A DNA stretch of 64,000 nt, from assembly GCF_964204865.1 (NCBI RefSeq), contig NC_135259.1, positions 14,074,001 to 14,138,000 of the forward strand. Reading direction: 5' to 3'. The translations under genes and the position numbers were made by a program. Below are positions 41,101 to 56,100 of this stretch, one piece after another. The notes under the pieces are model-generated. The model made no database searches. It saw only the letters and a program-made list of their open reading frames with translations, and was not told the DNA's origin. Numbering within the stretch: position 1 is the stretch's first letter; the number at the start of each line of letters is the position of its first letter. This stretch comes from Styela clava. Lineage: Eukaryota.

Positions 41101-44100
41101 TCACAACATTAGGTTCAGTTGATCCACATGAACCATCAGCTTTTGGAGTATATGCCTTGAAAAATATACCCATCAATTATTTATTTTCTCGTTTCTATGT
41201 ATTTTATCCTATTTTATCCATGTCTAAATGGAGTACTATAAACTTTTCTACATCTCTGAAACTACTGTGTGGTGTTGAAGTTTAGTGCATTTTCTAGGAG
41301 TGTTACTAGTTTGTCATATTGTGAAACCGTACCCTAAAACCGGGGAACTTCGGATGATTTGACTCTACTTGGTACCACTGCTTAACGCTATTTATTCCCA
41401 AAAGATATTGTATCTCAAAAGACCACCGTTTACTTGGTTTTGCAAAGACTGTAAAAACATTTTACCTTGAACACCCAGAGACCAAACCATCCTTGGCTGT
41501 GAACAGTGTTATTTGCAAATTCCTGCATTGGGTGTAATTGTTGACAGATGTTAGGATCAAAAGAAGGTCCGTCTGGATGTTGATGAATTCTGTACCAGAA
41601 GCCGAAATGAGTTCCACCTATAAAAATAGTAAAAAGACGATCGGATATAATTCTTGACGAATGGGTCATAACTAGGACTGGGAATTTTAGGGAAAACACT
41701 TTGACCGTTAACTGGGTAAAATTAACCGGTTAACTGCAGCGTGACGTTTGGCATGATAACTTATAATTTTAGCTTGTTACGTCACAACGGTTACAAAGCA
41801 ATTTCGGATGATCTTATCCCGGTATCGCTCAAAATTTTTCACGAATGAAGACAGTATCATGATCGCTCTGCTGCAAGAAATATGCAACGTACTTCGGACA
41901 TATGGAAGTATTTTAGTAAAACCCGAATCCGTTATTTTCATTTATGGGATAAATTTTCATGTTTCGACATGCGAATTCCACTCTGAGATATCATTAATAA
42001 AAACAGCATCAACTGCGCACTTGTTGGATGACATTGAATATACGATTTTGCAATAAAATCGTAAACAATATATTTCAACCGAAAACTGATTCTGAATTTA
42101 TCATTGTCAAACGATTAACCATTTTTTCTAATCTTTTAGCAAGGTAATACAATGGATTAACCTGCTGCAGCATTGTGTCGAAGAGTGTTGTTTGGGTTTG
42201 TTACCCAGAATGCTGCGGGTGTGATATCATCATTCTGTAGAGAAGTACTTTGCCTGCAAAACACTACTAAGTTGTATTCAATTTTATTCCCGTGTTCTAT
42301 TCCATCTTCAATGAAAATGGTTCCTCCCATTGTATCGAATAGAACATTATGTTCGATGAGTAGATGATGTGTTTTGTGAATGGTGATCCCTCTGTTCAAT
42401 GAAAAAAAAAGAGTTTGAAACATTGACGGTAGTTTCTGTACCAGCTTTAGATAAAACAATTGATTGAAGGATAACTTTCGGCGATTAGTACGGATCGGAA
42501 ACATTAGAAATTGACTAAATAATTGAAAGAGATGCAACCATATGCAGACAATTAGGGAAAGCGTTACCCTAGCCCCATCAGGATTTCATTTCACTTTGAT
42601 AGGCTTGTCCTAGCTAATAATTCCAGACGTTTATTGACCCAATGGAGACTCTAAGCGAACATGTACATTATCCAAAATGTGCAACACAAATAGATGGTAT
42701 TTGCTATTCGATCAAATATGGGCTGCAAAAACGTACAAATATTTTCTTGTCTTGCTGTATTTTAATTTCCAGATGTCGATGGAGCAATAGAGTGTACATG
42801 GGTAAAGATGTGGGATACTAAGTATCAATCAAACAAACGAATGGTATCAGAAAATGTACTTACCGATTAAACGTTTTATGAATTGCGCATCCCCTGACAT
42901 AATTTCTGTAAGATACATCACCAAGCATATGGAAATGTATCGGATATCTTCCAAGTCTGAAAGCTTGTCCCATGTGTCTTAATTCTACATACTCGATTCT
43001 CGCACGAGCAATGTCAAGATCAGGTGAACGATGGTGAATCATGATTTGTGCACCAAACTGGTCAGAACCCTCTTCCTCCCCAAATCTTCCCTGATAGTAA
43101 TTATTTATAATATATTAGTTTTTATGTGAACATTTATGTCTGACAAGTTTAATAGTCGGATTAACAAAATGGGTTGCAATAAAAGTGTATAATTGTTTAT
43201 AAAACTGAAAAAAGGCTGAAAAATCTACAAGCGAGATAATTATTGATTTTCATAATTGAAGTTACAAGATTTTACTCAAACTACAAATTGCATAATAATT
43301 ATTTAACATTCAATCAAACAGTCAACCACACTGAAATCCCGTTGTTTTCTGCCAAATTCTAAAAATTTTAGGAGCTATTAAAATCGAAAACTGATTTTCT
43401 AAGTATATATGAGATATTTCTCCATGTCGCTGTATGAATTTGAATTCTTTTCTCTAACTAAGCAATTTTCCATTATTTAACAGACATTTTATTGTTAAAA
43501 ATCGAGTTGAGTTACAATTTCAATTTGGAGCATTTGAAAATGTTGACAATGAAATTTATCCAATGAGTTTTAGAATAATATAATAGTAAATTACGAATAT
43601 TTTCTCCGAATTTTAAACTAATTATGTTTAGTCATTTATTCAGTTTGTATATTTTATTACGAACAAATCCAACTGAATTAGGTCATTTTAACATAACTGA
43701 ATCCCAAACCTGGAAGCATGTTTGTGTTGCAAATTCTCCTGTATTGAATCCAGCATCACATTTAGGTATAACATCTTTTGCCCATTCCATATGCTTCGAT
43801 CCTTCGATTACAATGTTTCTTGTTAGTAGTCCAACTTCAGCTCGAGTTTCAACGGTAACACCTATAGTACACGGTGAAAATATTGTCAGAACAAACAAAG
43901 TAATAAACTACTCATTCTTTGACGTGACATGGTTTTGGTTCGTAATAAAGATATTGTTGTTCTATCTAGACTCAGATATTCAACAAAACAAACAACAAAA
44001 TTTCTCGCGGGGAATTTCTCTCCGGTTGGGAAACGTGGGGCTTCAGTGAAGTACTACTTGGTGGATTTTAACGACTGACTTGCGGTGCAGTCAAAAGCCA

Positions 44101-47100
44101 GAACGTGGTAATAACACTCTGGGGTAAAGCTTAGAGATATCGTTTATATTATGAATAGATACTTTTTTGCTTTCACTATCTAAACTAGATAATAAAATAA
44201 TGATACCGTCGAATGTTTCCGAAGCTGATATGTGAGTGTACTCCAGTGGTTCAGTTAATGTTATTGTCTTCTTATCTACAGCAATAGATTTAATAGTTTT
44301 CTGTTCGTTTTCTCTCTGACTATGCCGGTCACCTGCATAAATTTAATTTATTGTTAAGTAATAAAAAAGGACCTAACATGGGTTTGACCTATTTCAATCC
44401 AAAAATATCTTACCGGTACTAGCAATTGCTATTTCATCTCCGGCTTCCCAAGTCACAGCTTGTTTTAATTTTATAGTTGAACTTCCAGCATTTGCTGTTT
44501 CTGATAGATGTGTCCATGTAATTGGTACGTGCCTGTGGATTGCAGAATTTAGTTATCAATCGGAAAAAGATGTTTAACGCTTCTCAAAAGAGGCATTCAA
44601 AATTTTCGAATGACCAGGGTTAATAAATGTAAAACAATGATTGAATAAACATTTTGATATTATTCATTTTCAAATAATTTTTTATCATTCACGATAAAAC
44701 ATTGTGTGGACTATTTGCACATATTTACTTGCAAATACATTCATCAACATCAACGATTATGGCGATCTTTTTTAGACCAATTTTCGCGAATGAAAACTTT
44801 AAAAGAGAGTCATGGCTACTAAATGAAGAAAAGTAGAGTAAACTTGGTTCATTTTTCTTGTTTATAGTATAAGGTAGTACAGTATTCGTATTGGACTTTG
44901 TACAATACATCTATATATAATGGAATTTATGCATATATATATATATATGATTTATCTTAGAATGACGCAAAAATATCACAGCCAAGTGGGGGATTGTTCA
45001 TGCAGGAGTATTTTGATAATGAATAAATAACTCTCACATTTCAATCAAATAGTATTAAAATAAATAAGACATGTCGAAAACTGAAAATTTCGTGCGAAAA
45101 ACTTTTGAGTATGAAGGCCTGAGCATATTGAGTGTTTGTCGTTTTTCTTTGATAGCATTAAAAATAACAAAATTCAACTAACTTTCCGTGTAAATCTAAA
45201 GTTCCATTCCTAACTCCGATCGTTTTTGTTCCATAAATTGGTAATTCTGGAGATCTCAGATGACCATGCAATGTAATGCGAGCTTTGTGTTGAAATGGTT
45301 CTACTTCGGTTCCAATCTAATATTTAAATTGTTAGTTTCGAGATTTGAATCTATTCAAACTTATTAATAGCTGTTGTGTATATGAGGGAATTATGTATAA
45401 TTTTTTTTGTATATTTCATATATTCACCTGCGTGAATAATATAAGACTAAAAATGTCAACACATACGGTAGTTACAATAAATTGTCAATTGACGAAAAAA
45501 TATGAACTCGGCAAAAAAATAGTTCACGTGGAGTGGAAAATTATAACGAAAACAATACTGTAGATAAAAATCGGATTTTTTCATTCTTTTCTAAGCAGTA
45601 TCGAACTTACCGTATTTTCAGAGTCATACCAACCAGCACGACACTAAATTGTGAATGTCACTGAATTTTGTAACCGATATCTATCTATCCCCCGAGATGG
45701 TTTGTAAAAAGAAATATTACAGAAACTCAAATGCCAATCATACTTGTAACACGCCTCCATCAGTTATTAATATATTTTCAGTTTGCACGTGGATGTCTTT
45801 TTCGTCGAATATAACTACGCCCCCCATAATCAGAAGCATCTTCAATACTGGGGTATCCACGTCCATAACGAGTGTCTGTCCGGATGGAACAACAACAAAA
45901 TCACCCGCTACAGGAGGATCCTGCCCACCCCATGTCCATTTGGATGACCAGACATCTGAGAATAAAAAATAGAGACTAGTTTGTATAAATATATATTGAC
46001 ATTTCTATGAAATAGTTTAAGATGTACGCTATGCTACAGTAATATTTAACAGCGAAACGTTTGAACTAAACTACTGGCCTACGAGGGCCTACGCATCCAC
46101 ATATCAAACATTTTCAATATTTTTCCCTTACTATATATACCTCTCACTCCTACTCTGTAATCATCGTTCGCGATCTTATTGCTCGTCACAACGAACCTTT
46201 CACTAAAAACAAGTGTGTAAAAAATACGACTGTCTTTACATACCAACATAGTAAAATTCTACATCCTTGTTGAGAGCTTTCCCTTTTCCACTAATTGTAA
46301 CTTCAATAATTGCTTTCAATGATTTTCCTCTCGCATTGGTTGTACATTTAATTTCAGTACTAGATGAACTGGTTACCGTACATGAGACTCCTCCAATCGT
46401 TACATCAACCTGTTTCGGTACATAATGAGTAAAATGGAGGAGGGTTCTTGAACTTTTTTACTATGAATATATGTTTAAATAAAACAACCACATATATCCC
46501 ACAAATTTATTTTGTGATTTACGTAAGCGCCAACAATTTGTTATTTGAACGATGAAAAAACACAGACATAAACTAAAAAAGGGGCGAAAGATGAACTTTT
46601 TCAATAAGACACCTATTTGCTCTAACTATTATTATTATTTTTCAAGGACAGCAATATTTTCTATTCCAATGGGATTTGAACTGCAAATGTATGACCTGCA
46701 ATTCCAACGCAGTTAAGCCTAACGTTTTAACCATGAACCAAACCATCGTACTTGGTAAGTTTTAACAATTCCATTCATAAATGTCAAATATTTTCAGTTA
46801 CCTTGGATGGATCAGAGTCGAACAAAGTACCGGTGATCGTTATGTTTGTGCCTCCTTGCGTTCCACCCCTGGTGGGAGATACTGCTGTTACTCTAGGAGT
46901 TTTATCTGTTGCAAACGTGTAGAGGCTTGACCCGGTTGCTGATTGACCATCTACAGTAGCAGATATATCACATACTTTGTCCGAGTCAGTTTTGGGGTCA
47001 GGATCTGTGATAAAAGTAGATTTATATGTTTAGCGGTGTAGGAACAACAAGTATGCTTCGTTTATTGAATAAAATATTTCTCACAAAAGCATATAGATTA

Positions 47101-50100
47101 AACTCGAACTCTTTTAATATCAATAAAAAGATCTTATTGCAATATACGCCAATGACAAAAACATTACAAAATGTTTAAAATATGTATTATGTCTGGCACA
47201 CAGTAAACTAACGGGACATACATACATATACATGTACGAATGACTCTGCGAATACGCAATAAACGTTCCTAATTCTCAGTGACCGCTATTCTGTTTTCAA
47301 TTTCATATGTAAATGGACTAAGTACACAAAACTTCTATTTGAAAAGTCAGTGGTTAAACTCAGTTAGAAAGGAATTTATAACTTACCACTTGCTAATTTA
47401 CATAAGATATGATCACTACTCGCGCTTGTTCCTGGCGTATCATCGTTATGTACACATGTGCTGTTGCAAACTTGAAGTTCAGTCATACTGCTGAATCCTC
47501 GACCTGACACAGTTAAAATATCTCCGCCGGCAAAGCTCCCTGTCGAATAGAAAATACTTTTCAATATTTACCAATAAAAGAAAAACAAATTCAAATTTTT
47601 TTTATTTGTCTTTCATGTCAGGAGTGAATCAATGAATACATGTTCTTATCAACTGAAAAATTCTATTTTTCTTGTAGAAATTTGAGTAATGATTTTATAT
47701 TACAATCACAAAAGATGTTACTGAGAAGTGCGGTTGGACTGTGTGGGATCTCAACAATTGCCATAAATAACTACTTAAAATATAGCTTTCATATTGGTTG
47801 GTTAGGAACACAGTCGAAAAAACTGGCGTAAAAATTGGTCATAATCATTGCTAATGACCGCTGCGAGACGCTCGGATGACTAATATATGAATAGTTTAAT
47901 TAACCTTAACTTATATTATGGAAGAAAACGGCAAATTAGACATATAACACAACCTCGTTCTGGAGTTGCACTGGAGATCGAAAAAGTGTAATTGAACGTA
48001 AGTGATGACGTTGCATTTCCCAAAATTCCAACCTTAGCAGTAACAGAATAAGTCCCGCCGACATGTTCACCCAGAACACAAGTTACCTGAAGTTAAAAAA
48101 AAATCCATAGCTTGTTATCTGTAAAAATTTAAGATGGAATTCAAAAGCACACTTTACACTGCCTGTAAGAAGCAGATATTTTATAAGTACCATACAATAA
48201 GTTGTTAAATTATGTTGACGCCAAAATAAATACTATTGCAAAGATCCTTACCGAAGTTTCAGTTCCCACAACATTAGTACATTCAGCGGTTCCTACGTAT
48301 ATTTTCGTATTGTTTGGTTCCAGCTTTGTTCCATTAATTTCTACTTGATCTCCAGGATCGCCTTTAAGTACATTTGAAAATTGTAATGAGTTACAAAGAA
48401 TTACGTTGGCTTACACTCCCATATTTCAAACTAATAGATCAGTTCACGCCAGGAGAAAGATACAAAACATATGAGAATTGCGGTCACTTTCCAGATTTTA
48501 AAAACATAGCTGGGCATTAATTGAGGAAATCCTATATTCTCAAAAGCAAAGACTAGCGAATGATCTACCTGAGCCAGGAGAAACAGAAGTTAGTGACGGA
48601 GTCACATCGTTATGATATTCAAACTGTAGACTCGAATATGTTTGACCATTTGATGTCACCACTACTGTGCGAGTTCTTGATCCGCTGAGCACAGGAGTTT
48701 CGCATTCCATCTAATAATAAATATATATAGTATACACATTCAATAGTTTTTATTTGTTAAGTCGGAAGACATTAATTAAAATTTCATATTTTCAGAAATT
48801 TAAAAAAATACTAACATAAATGGGAAACACCAAATGATATTGTACATAGTAATAGCACTGTTTTGCTATTCAAATTTTTGAAATACAATGCTAAAACAGT
48901 ATGTAAAGAACAAACAATCATGGTTTAGTCTGCCTTTACTACTAGTCATATAAAAAATTATACAATGTGTCCAAGCAGTTTTAAATGATTTCTTGAAACA
49001 AAATATCTTACCCAGAAGTTTGTTAACGTTGCTTTGTTGATTTCACACACTTTGTTTGAAAGTTTTACACTAACAACATCAGAATTGAATCCGTTACCAA
49101 CAAAAGTTAACATTGTGCCACCCGCTTTACTGCCGTTCAATGGTGCCATGGATGTGATCAAAGGAGGACTTAAAGATGAAAAAGGGTTAATTGAAAGCCA
49201 TAATCTAACTTTCATGCCAGAATCATTTGATTGAATATAGCTGGGAAAAAGCAGAATATCTATCGTAATAGTCTATTGTACATGAGAGTATATTAGGTCG
49301 GTATATAGGATATTGATGAATTGTCCTGTTTTGTTGCGTTGTGATACATATTCGCTTACCATCTATAGATTCTATGGCATTTGCATGCGACTTACAAAAA
49401 AGAGAGAAGTTGTTGAAAAAGTGAAAATGGTTTGAGAAAAAGAAAAAATGGTAGGAGACAACACCACCAAAATAATGAACAAATTTGTCATAACTTACCT
49501 CGAAATGGTTGCTGGAACTCCAGAAAGTTTGGCTTTTCCTTTTCCATCTATACTTACAGATATTGCGTGATTGCCAGCTGGTAGTTCGGCCATGTTGCAT
49601 TTTATTTTAGATGATGTTGAAGAGGTTACGTTACAGGTTTCAGATCCTAAACAATTATAGGTTTTTATAAGATTACTCTATTTTAGAAGGTTATTGATTA
49701 ATGAAGACAACGTGGTGTGAATGGCACGACAGATGGTCAAATAATGAATTTCCTTCCTAGTTGAGACTTTCATATAAAATCTATGGCCGTACATACGGCC
49801 CATACTCGACAACTACCAAATATGGCTTTTAGTCTGTGACAGACCGACTCTTGGGTTATAGCTATACCTAGAACATGGAAAGCCAAAAGGAACCATCGGA
49901 GACAGGGCAGATATTGTTCTACCAACACAAATATATACTTCAATTCTAGGTAATATTACTTACCGACTTTCACATGAACTTTCGAATTGTCCGAGTTGAA
50001 AGAAGATCCATCAAAAACTAATTCAGTATCGGACGCTGTTACACTTGTTGGGTTAATTGCTGTGATTGTGGGTGTGAGGCTATTTTTGTATTCAAACTCA

Positions 50101-53100
50101 CATGTTCCGATGCATTCAGCAGCTTGTCCACTACGATATACATTTTATTTTATTTATTATTTTATTTTCAAATTTCATTTTTTCATTAAATTCAGAGGAA
50201 ATATATATTAAACCAAGCCCGTTGTCTTTGATCACCGAATTGAAGTTATGAAGTGCATTGAAGAATTGTTGAACACCATCAGGGGGATAGCTCGATACGA
50301 ATCTTTGTGTCGATAAACTTACGTATTAAATACTTGTTTGATTATAAGCGCTTCACAATAATAAAAAGTGTATTTACTCAATTTGAAGGGAGTTTTTAAA
50401 TAAAAATACATGCTTTTTCATTCAGTCTGATAATCGATGTGCAATAGTAATATAGTGAACATCATACCTAATAGTTACAGTAACTTCGACTTTTGTTTCG
50501 ACTGAAGATATCGGACTCAGACATTGAATTAAGAAATAGGAAGATGTTTGTACAATGCAATTATATTGACTAAACATTACAATCATCTGACTAGCCTGAG
50601 TTGGAAATCCTGAACCTGAAATACAATGTCAAAGACTTCAATTATGTAGAATTCTTTTCCACTGAGCTGTTTTTATGGATATATTGAATTAAACTGCTTC
50701 GAATCATTTGCTTGAGCCTGTCATTCTAAAAAGTTTATCAGTACTTTAGAAAATTTTCAGAAATCGTTCAGGACTCACTTCAAATGTGAGATTGCTCTAT
50801 TTCTAAGTCAGTGCGCTGAACAAAAATTCTAAACTTCCTATGAAATAAAAAATGACGTCGCAATTTGATGTTTTCAAAACAAAACCATTGAAAAATATTG
50901 AAAACGGATAAGAAAACATACCTTCAATATTGATCAATGCACCGCCGCCGAGGGAACCAGAAATTGGAGAAACTGACTTCACACTTGGAAGTAGAGTGAA
51001 TCTTCTGTGCGAGTCTGATTTTATTGTTGAAATCGTATCTCCAAGACTTTGTACGTTTACTTTTACCTATGGTATGGAAACATGAAGTATAAAATTTGAT
51101 TGTTCATAAAAACTATGCAGTGGTATTAAAGGGATTTCGTCTTGTTTTTGGCATCCTTATAAAAACACATTTAGTTTATATATGTCGACAACATGCTAAG
51201 AATTTCATAGCTTGCTGACGGCGAAATCTGCCAAACCAAATACAAATTGAGAGAGTTATATTTGATGGCAAAGTTACTCTATTATGGAAGCTGTTACCTT
51301 ATTATGGAAAAAATATTTCTCGTTAATGTGCATTCCAGATAATCGGCAAAAATTTTTTTTGTCAACAATTTAAAAAAAATAGAGCGTAATGACAAGGTTA
51401 TTTGAGTTTTGACAGTCATGTAATTCCCATGCAAGTGTGTATATTTTTTTCTCATATTGTTTCTATCAAATATAGATACGACTTTTTCTCAACTCGCCGA
51501 CCCAATTCCTTCAAAACGACAAAATTTCAACTCTGAGATTTCAGAGCAACTTAGTCTAAAAACTTTTTCCGTCCTAAAAACGTGCGAATTTAACTGCAAC
51601 AGTGTCATCAAATACTTAATATTTGAAATCTAATGTTTGAAAATGTACTTACATGATAAGCCACATTGATGGATGTGTTGCCGCTAGGTTTTGGTTTGCA
51701 TTTTATTGTTGTAGATGTAGATGATATTAATTCGCATTCGTATTCATCAGGATATCCACTTGCTATCAAAACCTTGTTCGCGCAGTTTTCAGTACCAAAT
51801 CCCGATCCTACAAATTCAATAAATATTTTAGTTATTGAACATTAAGCAGGTATAACCAATTTGTATAGTACTCCCCAAACAATTTGCTCTAGGTAACTTG
51901 GCAATGAACAAATGAGATATCGATCGGAGACCGCCGACTTATCGATCTCCCGAAAATTTTTTCGAAATAATTCATCCAAAATTAATAGGCTTCTGGTCCG
52001 AGATATGATGGATGCACATGCAAATTTGGAGCAGATTCAACCTCGATTTTGTGAGATGTCGCGTAACATACGAAACTGTCTAACAGACAGACAAACAAAC
52101 AGACAAATATATATGTACCGATCAAGATCGATAAGTAATAACCACCGATACACAATATTGCTACGGTTAAAAGTCACACAACCTTTTATTGTAATAGTGT
52201 TGTCTGTTGTTCCGTTGTTGGGAGAAACTGATGTTATAGTGGGAGTATAACAAGGATCTGTGCTCAGTGAAAATTTTGAGGTACTCGAGGTAGGTGTGCA
52301 TCCGCTTATTGATGTTACTTCACCACTGCACGAAGAAGCTGCTCGTTTTTTTCTTTTGACTGAAAAGATGAAAAGAGCATTATGAATGCGAAATCGCTGT
52401 TTTCAAATTTTTCTATTTCACGACAGGATTGTGATTTTTGTGTAGACGAATCGACACGCCGCTATGTTGCTTCGTGCTAATAAACTAGTTTGATTTGAAA
52501 AATAATATCAATATGACTATAACAACAGTGCTATTTAAAACATTTCTGATTAGGAATTGCTCACTCTGTTGCATGTCTAAAATTCTAGAGCCTATTGATA
52601 ATCAATGTCAAATTTCATTAATCTGAGGTAGGTGTGAACTTTACGGTCTAGTGACCAGAGCGTTAGACCCGGGGGTTGGTCTGGGGAGGGCCACAGGGGT
52701 AGCCACCCCGGGCAGCACGTTGTAGGGGACAACATATCCAGGTGACTTCCTCTTTGGTAATACATGATTTCATCTTATACGTTTGAGTTTGTGCTTAGCT
52801 TGATTTTGTAATTATCAATAATACAAACATTTCACTTCATCATATATAAGATACAGTATATAATAAGTTTAGTGGCTTATATTTATACTTGTTTAGGAAA
52901 GTATTTCAACCAGCAAAGTTATTATGTTTAGAATTATTGCCCCTTATAATTTTTACCGTAATTTATTCATGTAGAGAAAATTTATCAACTGACCTTCCAA
53001 ATAATTTGCCTCGTGGTTTGATACTTTCACGCTCAATTTATTGTCTGAAGACTTTGGCGACATGACGTTAACTGATCCTTTCATGATGACGGTTCCCCAT

Positions 53101-56100
53101 AAATCATGATCAACTTTTCCACTTGATAAATAAAACTTCCCTTCATTGTTGAATGTGTAACTGAAAGATCCTGCATGAATAAAAATGATGATCCTGCATA
53201 AAAACTGTCAATTATCTACTTTTCCCGAGTGGCCCAAGGATAACAATACGTGGCTATATTTTGAGGGTACATCTAAACCTTTCCAGGCGGGAAAACAACA
53301 TTTTAAAATTTCTGAAATGTTTCAAGTTACATACCGTATGCGTATTCACAATCTCAAGGAATTAAGTTACAGCAGCAATAAAATGTAAACAGACGTTAGG
53401 GCGACTTTACCCATTAAAAATAAAACAAATCTTTCATAAAACGGCTCTGTTTGCTGTTCACTTAAGATGTTATTTTATGTGAAACATGGTGATTTATGCT
53501 CATTTTAGAACTACATTTATTGACTTTAGTCTAATTATGAATCAATCAATCAGCTGATCATGTGATGTTTTGTTTACAAATGAGCTCTCAGCATTTATGC
53601 CCATTTTTTTATTGACAATGTAAATGACACATTTCAAATTTATTTTTTTCAAAACATCTTACTCGATTATTTAACCTTCCATCCTACTTTTGCTTTCCAT
53701 GTATTTTGTCCCGGCCTACACACGATTTCAAATTGTTACAATTTGAATAAAATCCATACTCACTTTCTTATTTTCATAATAGATTCAAAAAAAGCAATCA
53801 AATTACCTTCAGCACTTTTGGCCGCATTTGATTCAAATGTTACTCCGTCATATTCATCGCTTTCAGCTGACGATGTGGTGAAAACTCTGGCACCATATTC
53901 CCATCCACCTGGCGCTCCATCAATTTTCCATTTCCAGGTTACGGTGTCTCCAACATTTATATCAAGCGTCATAGGATCCCATGAGAAGCCTGGACCCAAA
54001 CCTAAGTTGAAGTTAATATTAATTGAATAGTACCTATGATAGGTAGTAAAATAGAAAGTTTATTCTTGTCCGGAGGTACAAGAACCATTAAAAAAAGTAT
54101 AGTTAAAATTACTAACTTTCATGCGTTCCATTATTCGTAACAACGTATGTTTTAGTCGCACGTCCAGACGTACAAACAATCTCAGTTCCAGATATAGATT
54201 CAATTTTACAAATCGAATCTCCAAGTTTCACCTGATTACAAAAAATAGACATATTGGATACCATGACCAAAATAACAGATATTGGTTTATGTAAGCCTGA
54301 AATCAAGTTAAATCCCAGGAAATTTAACACAATAGTATTTTGTTGTAAGTATATGATGCAATGGCTACGATGACAATCAACATTCTTCAACCTGGTGGTT
54401 AGACTGTTGTGCTCTACTCTGTTGGCATCGAGGGGCAAAACATAAGGTCCGATCTAACGCCCACTCCCAACAGTCAAAAGTGTAATAACTCGAGTACACA
54501 ATGTGGAACGAGAATTTTTCTACTATTTGAAATATAATACCGCGTACATTCCGGAATTTAAACGGTTGGAGGTATTTTGAGAGCGTGACATGAAAGTATT
54601 AAATTTGTAATCTTCCACGGATAATCTCCATCCATTTTTGACCCGAATATACAATTACAATACCAAGTATAATATTTAATGTGTATCTCGTGAAGTATTT
54701 TCAGGTATTTATTTACCTCTGTTGTAATCTCGTTAGTGAATCCATTACCATTTATAGTTACTTTTGTTCCACCACTGTTTGATCCTGTATTTGGCGACAT
54801 ACTGGTAACTTCTAGTTTGTAATTCACTGGAGGAATGCTGTTAACACTGTAAAAATATATCAACAACTCATAGAAAATTCGTGAAGATTCAGAATTTTTA
54901 ATTACCCGTGAAGCAAATTTTTGATCGAAATCTAGCAAGGTCTTCCGCGACTTCTGTCACACAAATAAATTTAGGAGTATATTTATTTTCGTTATCAATT
55001 TTCCTAATCTTGTAATATGTAATCTTGTACTTAGAAACCAAACTGAAACTTTGCTACCTCATTAAAAAACAGCCAATTTTCCGATGGCAAAAAAATAGTT
55101 TTCTGGGGTTAAAGATCGGGGAAACATCCATTAAATCTAAACGCAGTGGTCAATTTATATTTCAGCAACAAAGCGTGATATTCCCACCTTGTGTCAGCAT
55201 ATCCTTCTCCTTTGATGACCACAAAGACTTGATATTGTCCGGGTGGAGCATGTGGTAATGTACATGAGATTTTCGTCGAGGACCATACAGAAACAGTACA
55301 TGATTTTCCAGCAATCAAAACTGTGGCCATTTCCGCGCTGCTACCAAGGTTGGTTCCACTTATTGTTAGATTACCACCTCCTAGAGTATAGAATGCAGAT
55401 ATAATTTTATCGAGTTACATTTTTTTATATTTATTCACTTTGAAATGATAGTTTTTATTGAGAATTAAGTGCAAATACAACTTTATTTTTCATTTCATAG
55501 AAAGAAATACAATTTTCCGACATAAAAGTTGAACAAAACCAATATCCAGTGAATGTTATTTAGTGTTGTTCGGGAAAGTATTCGCAAAATTAAAAAGCAT
55601 TGCATTTAAAGTACTTTGTTTAATGTCTGTATATATATAATATGAGAATATATATATATATATATAATTACCAGTCAATGTTGAGGTTGTAGGTGAAATG
55701 CTGGTAACAATTGCGTCCGTATTTACATACTTATAGGTGAGTGATCCTAAAATAACTGATCCATCTTGAACCGTGATTTTTACTGTAGAAAATTTTTTGT
55801 AAAAATGGACAAAAAATATTTGAAGAAAACATAAATGGATTGACGCTTAACTAGGCGTTAAATATAACTATTGCATATTATTGACTGTTCTTCTGTACTA
55901 TTGATCTGATATCGAAATAATATTGTAGCAAGAGTGAAGATAACTATACTAATTGATTTAAAATGCTTGATGCACATCAGCAAAACTCTTGAATAATTCA
56001 TAGCGAATTGTTGACATTGAGTTCTAACCCCGCCTATGGGTATAGTACGATACAATTTTGTAATTTATGGATAATTTGCTAGTATTCACAAGGTATGTGG

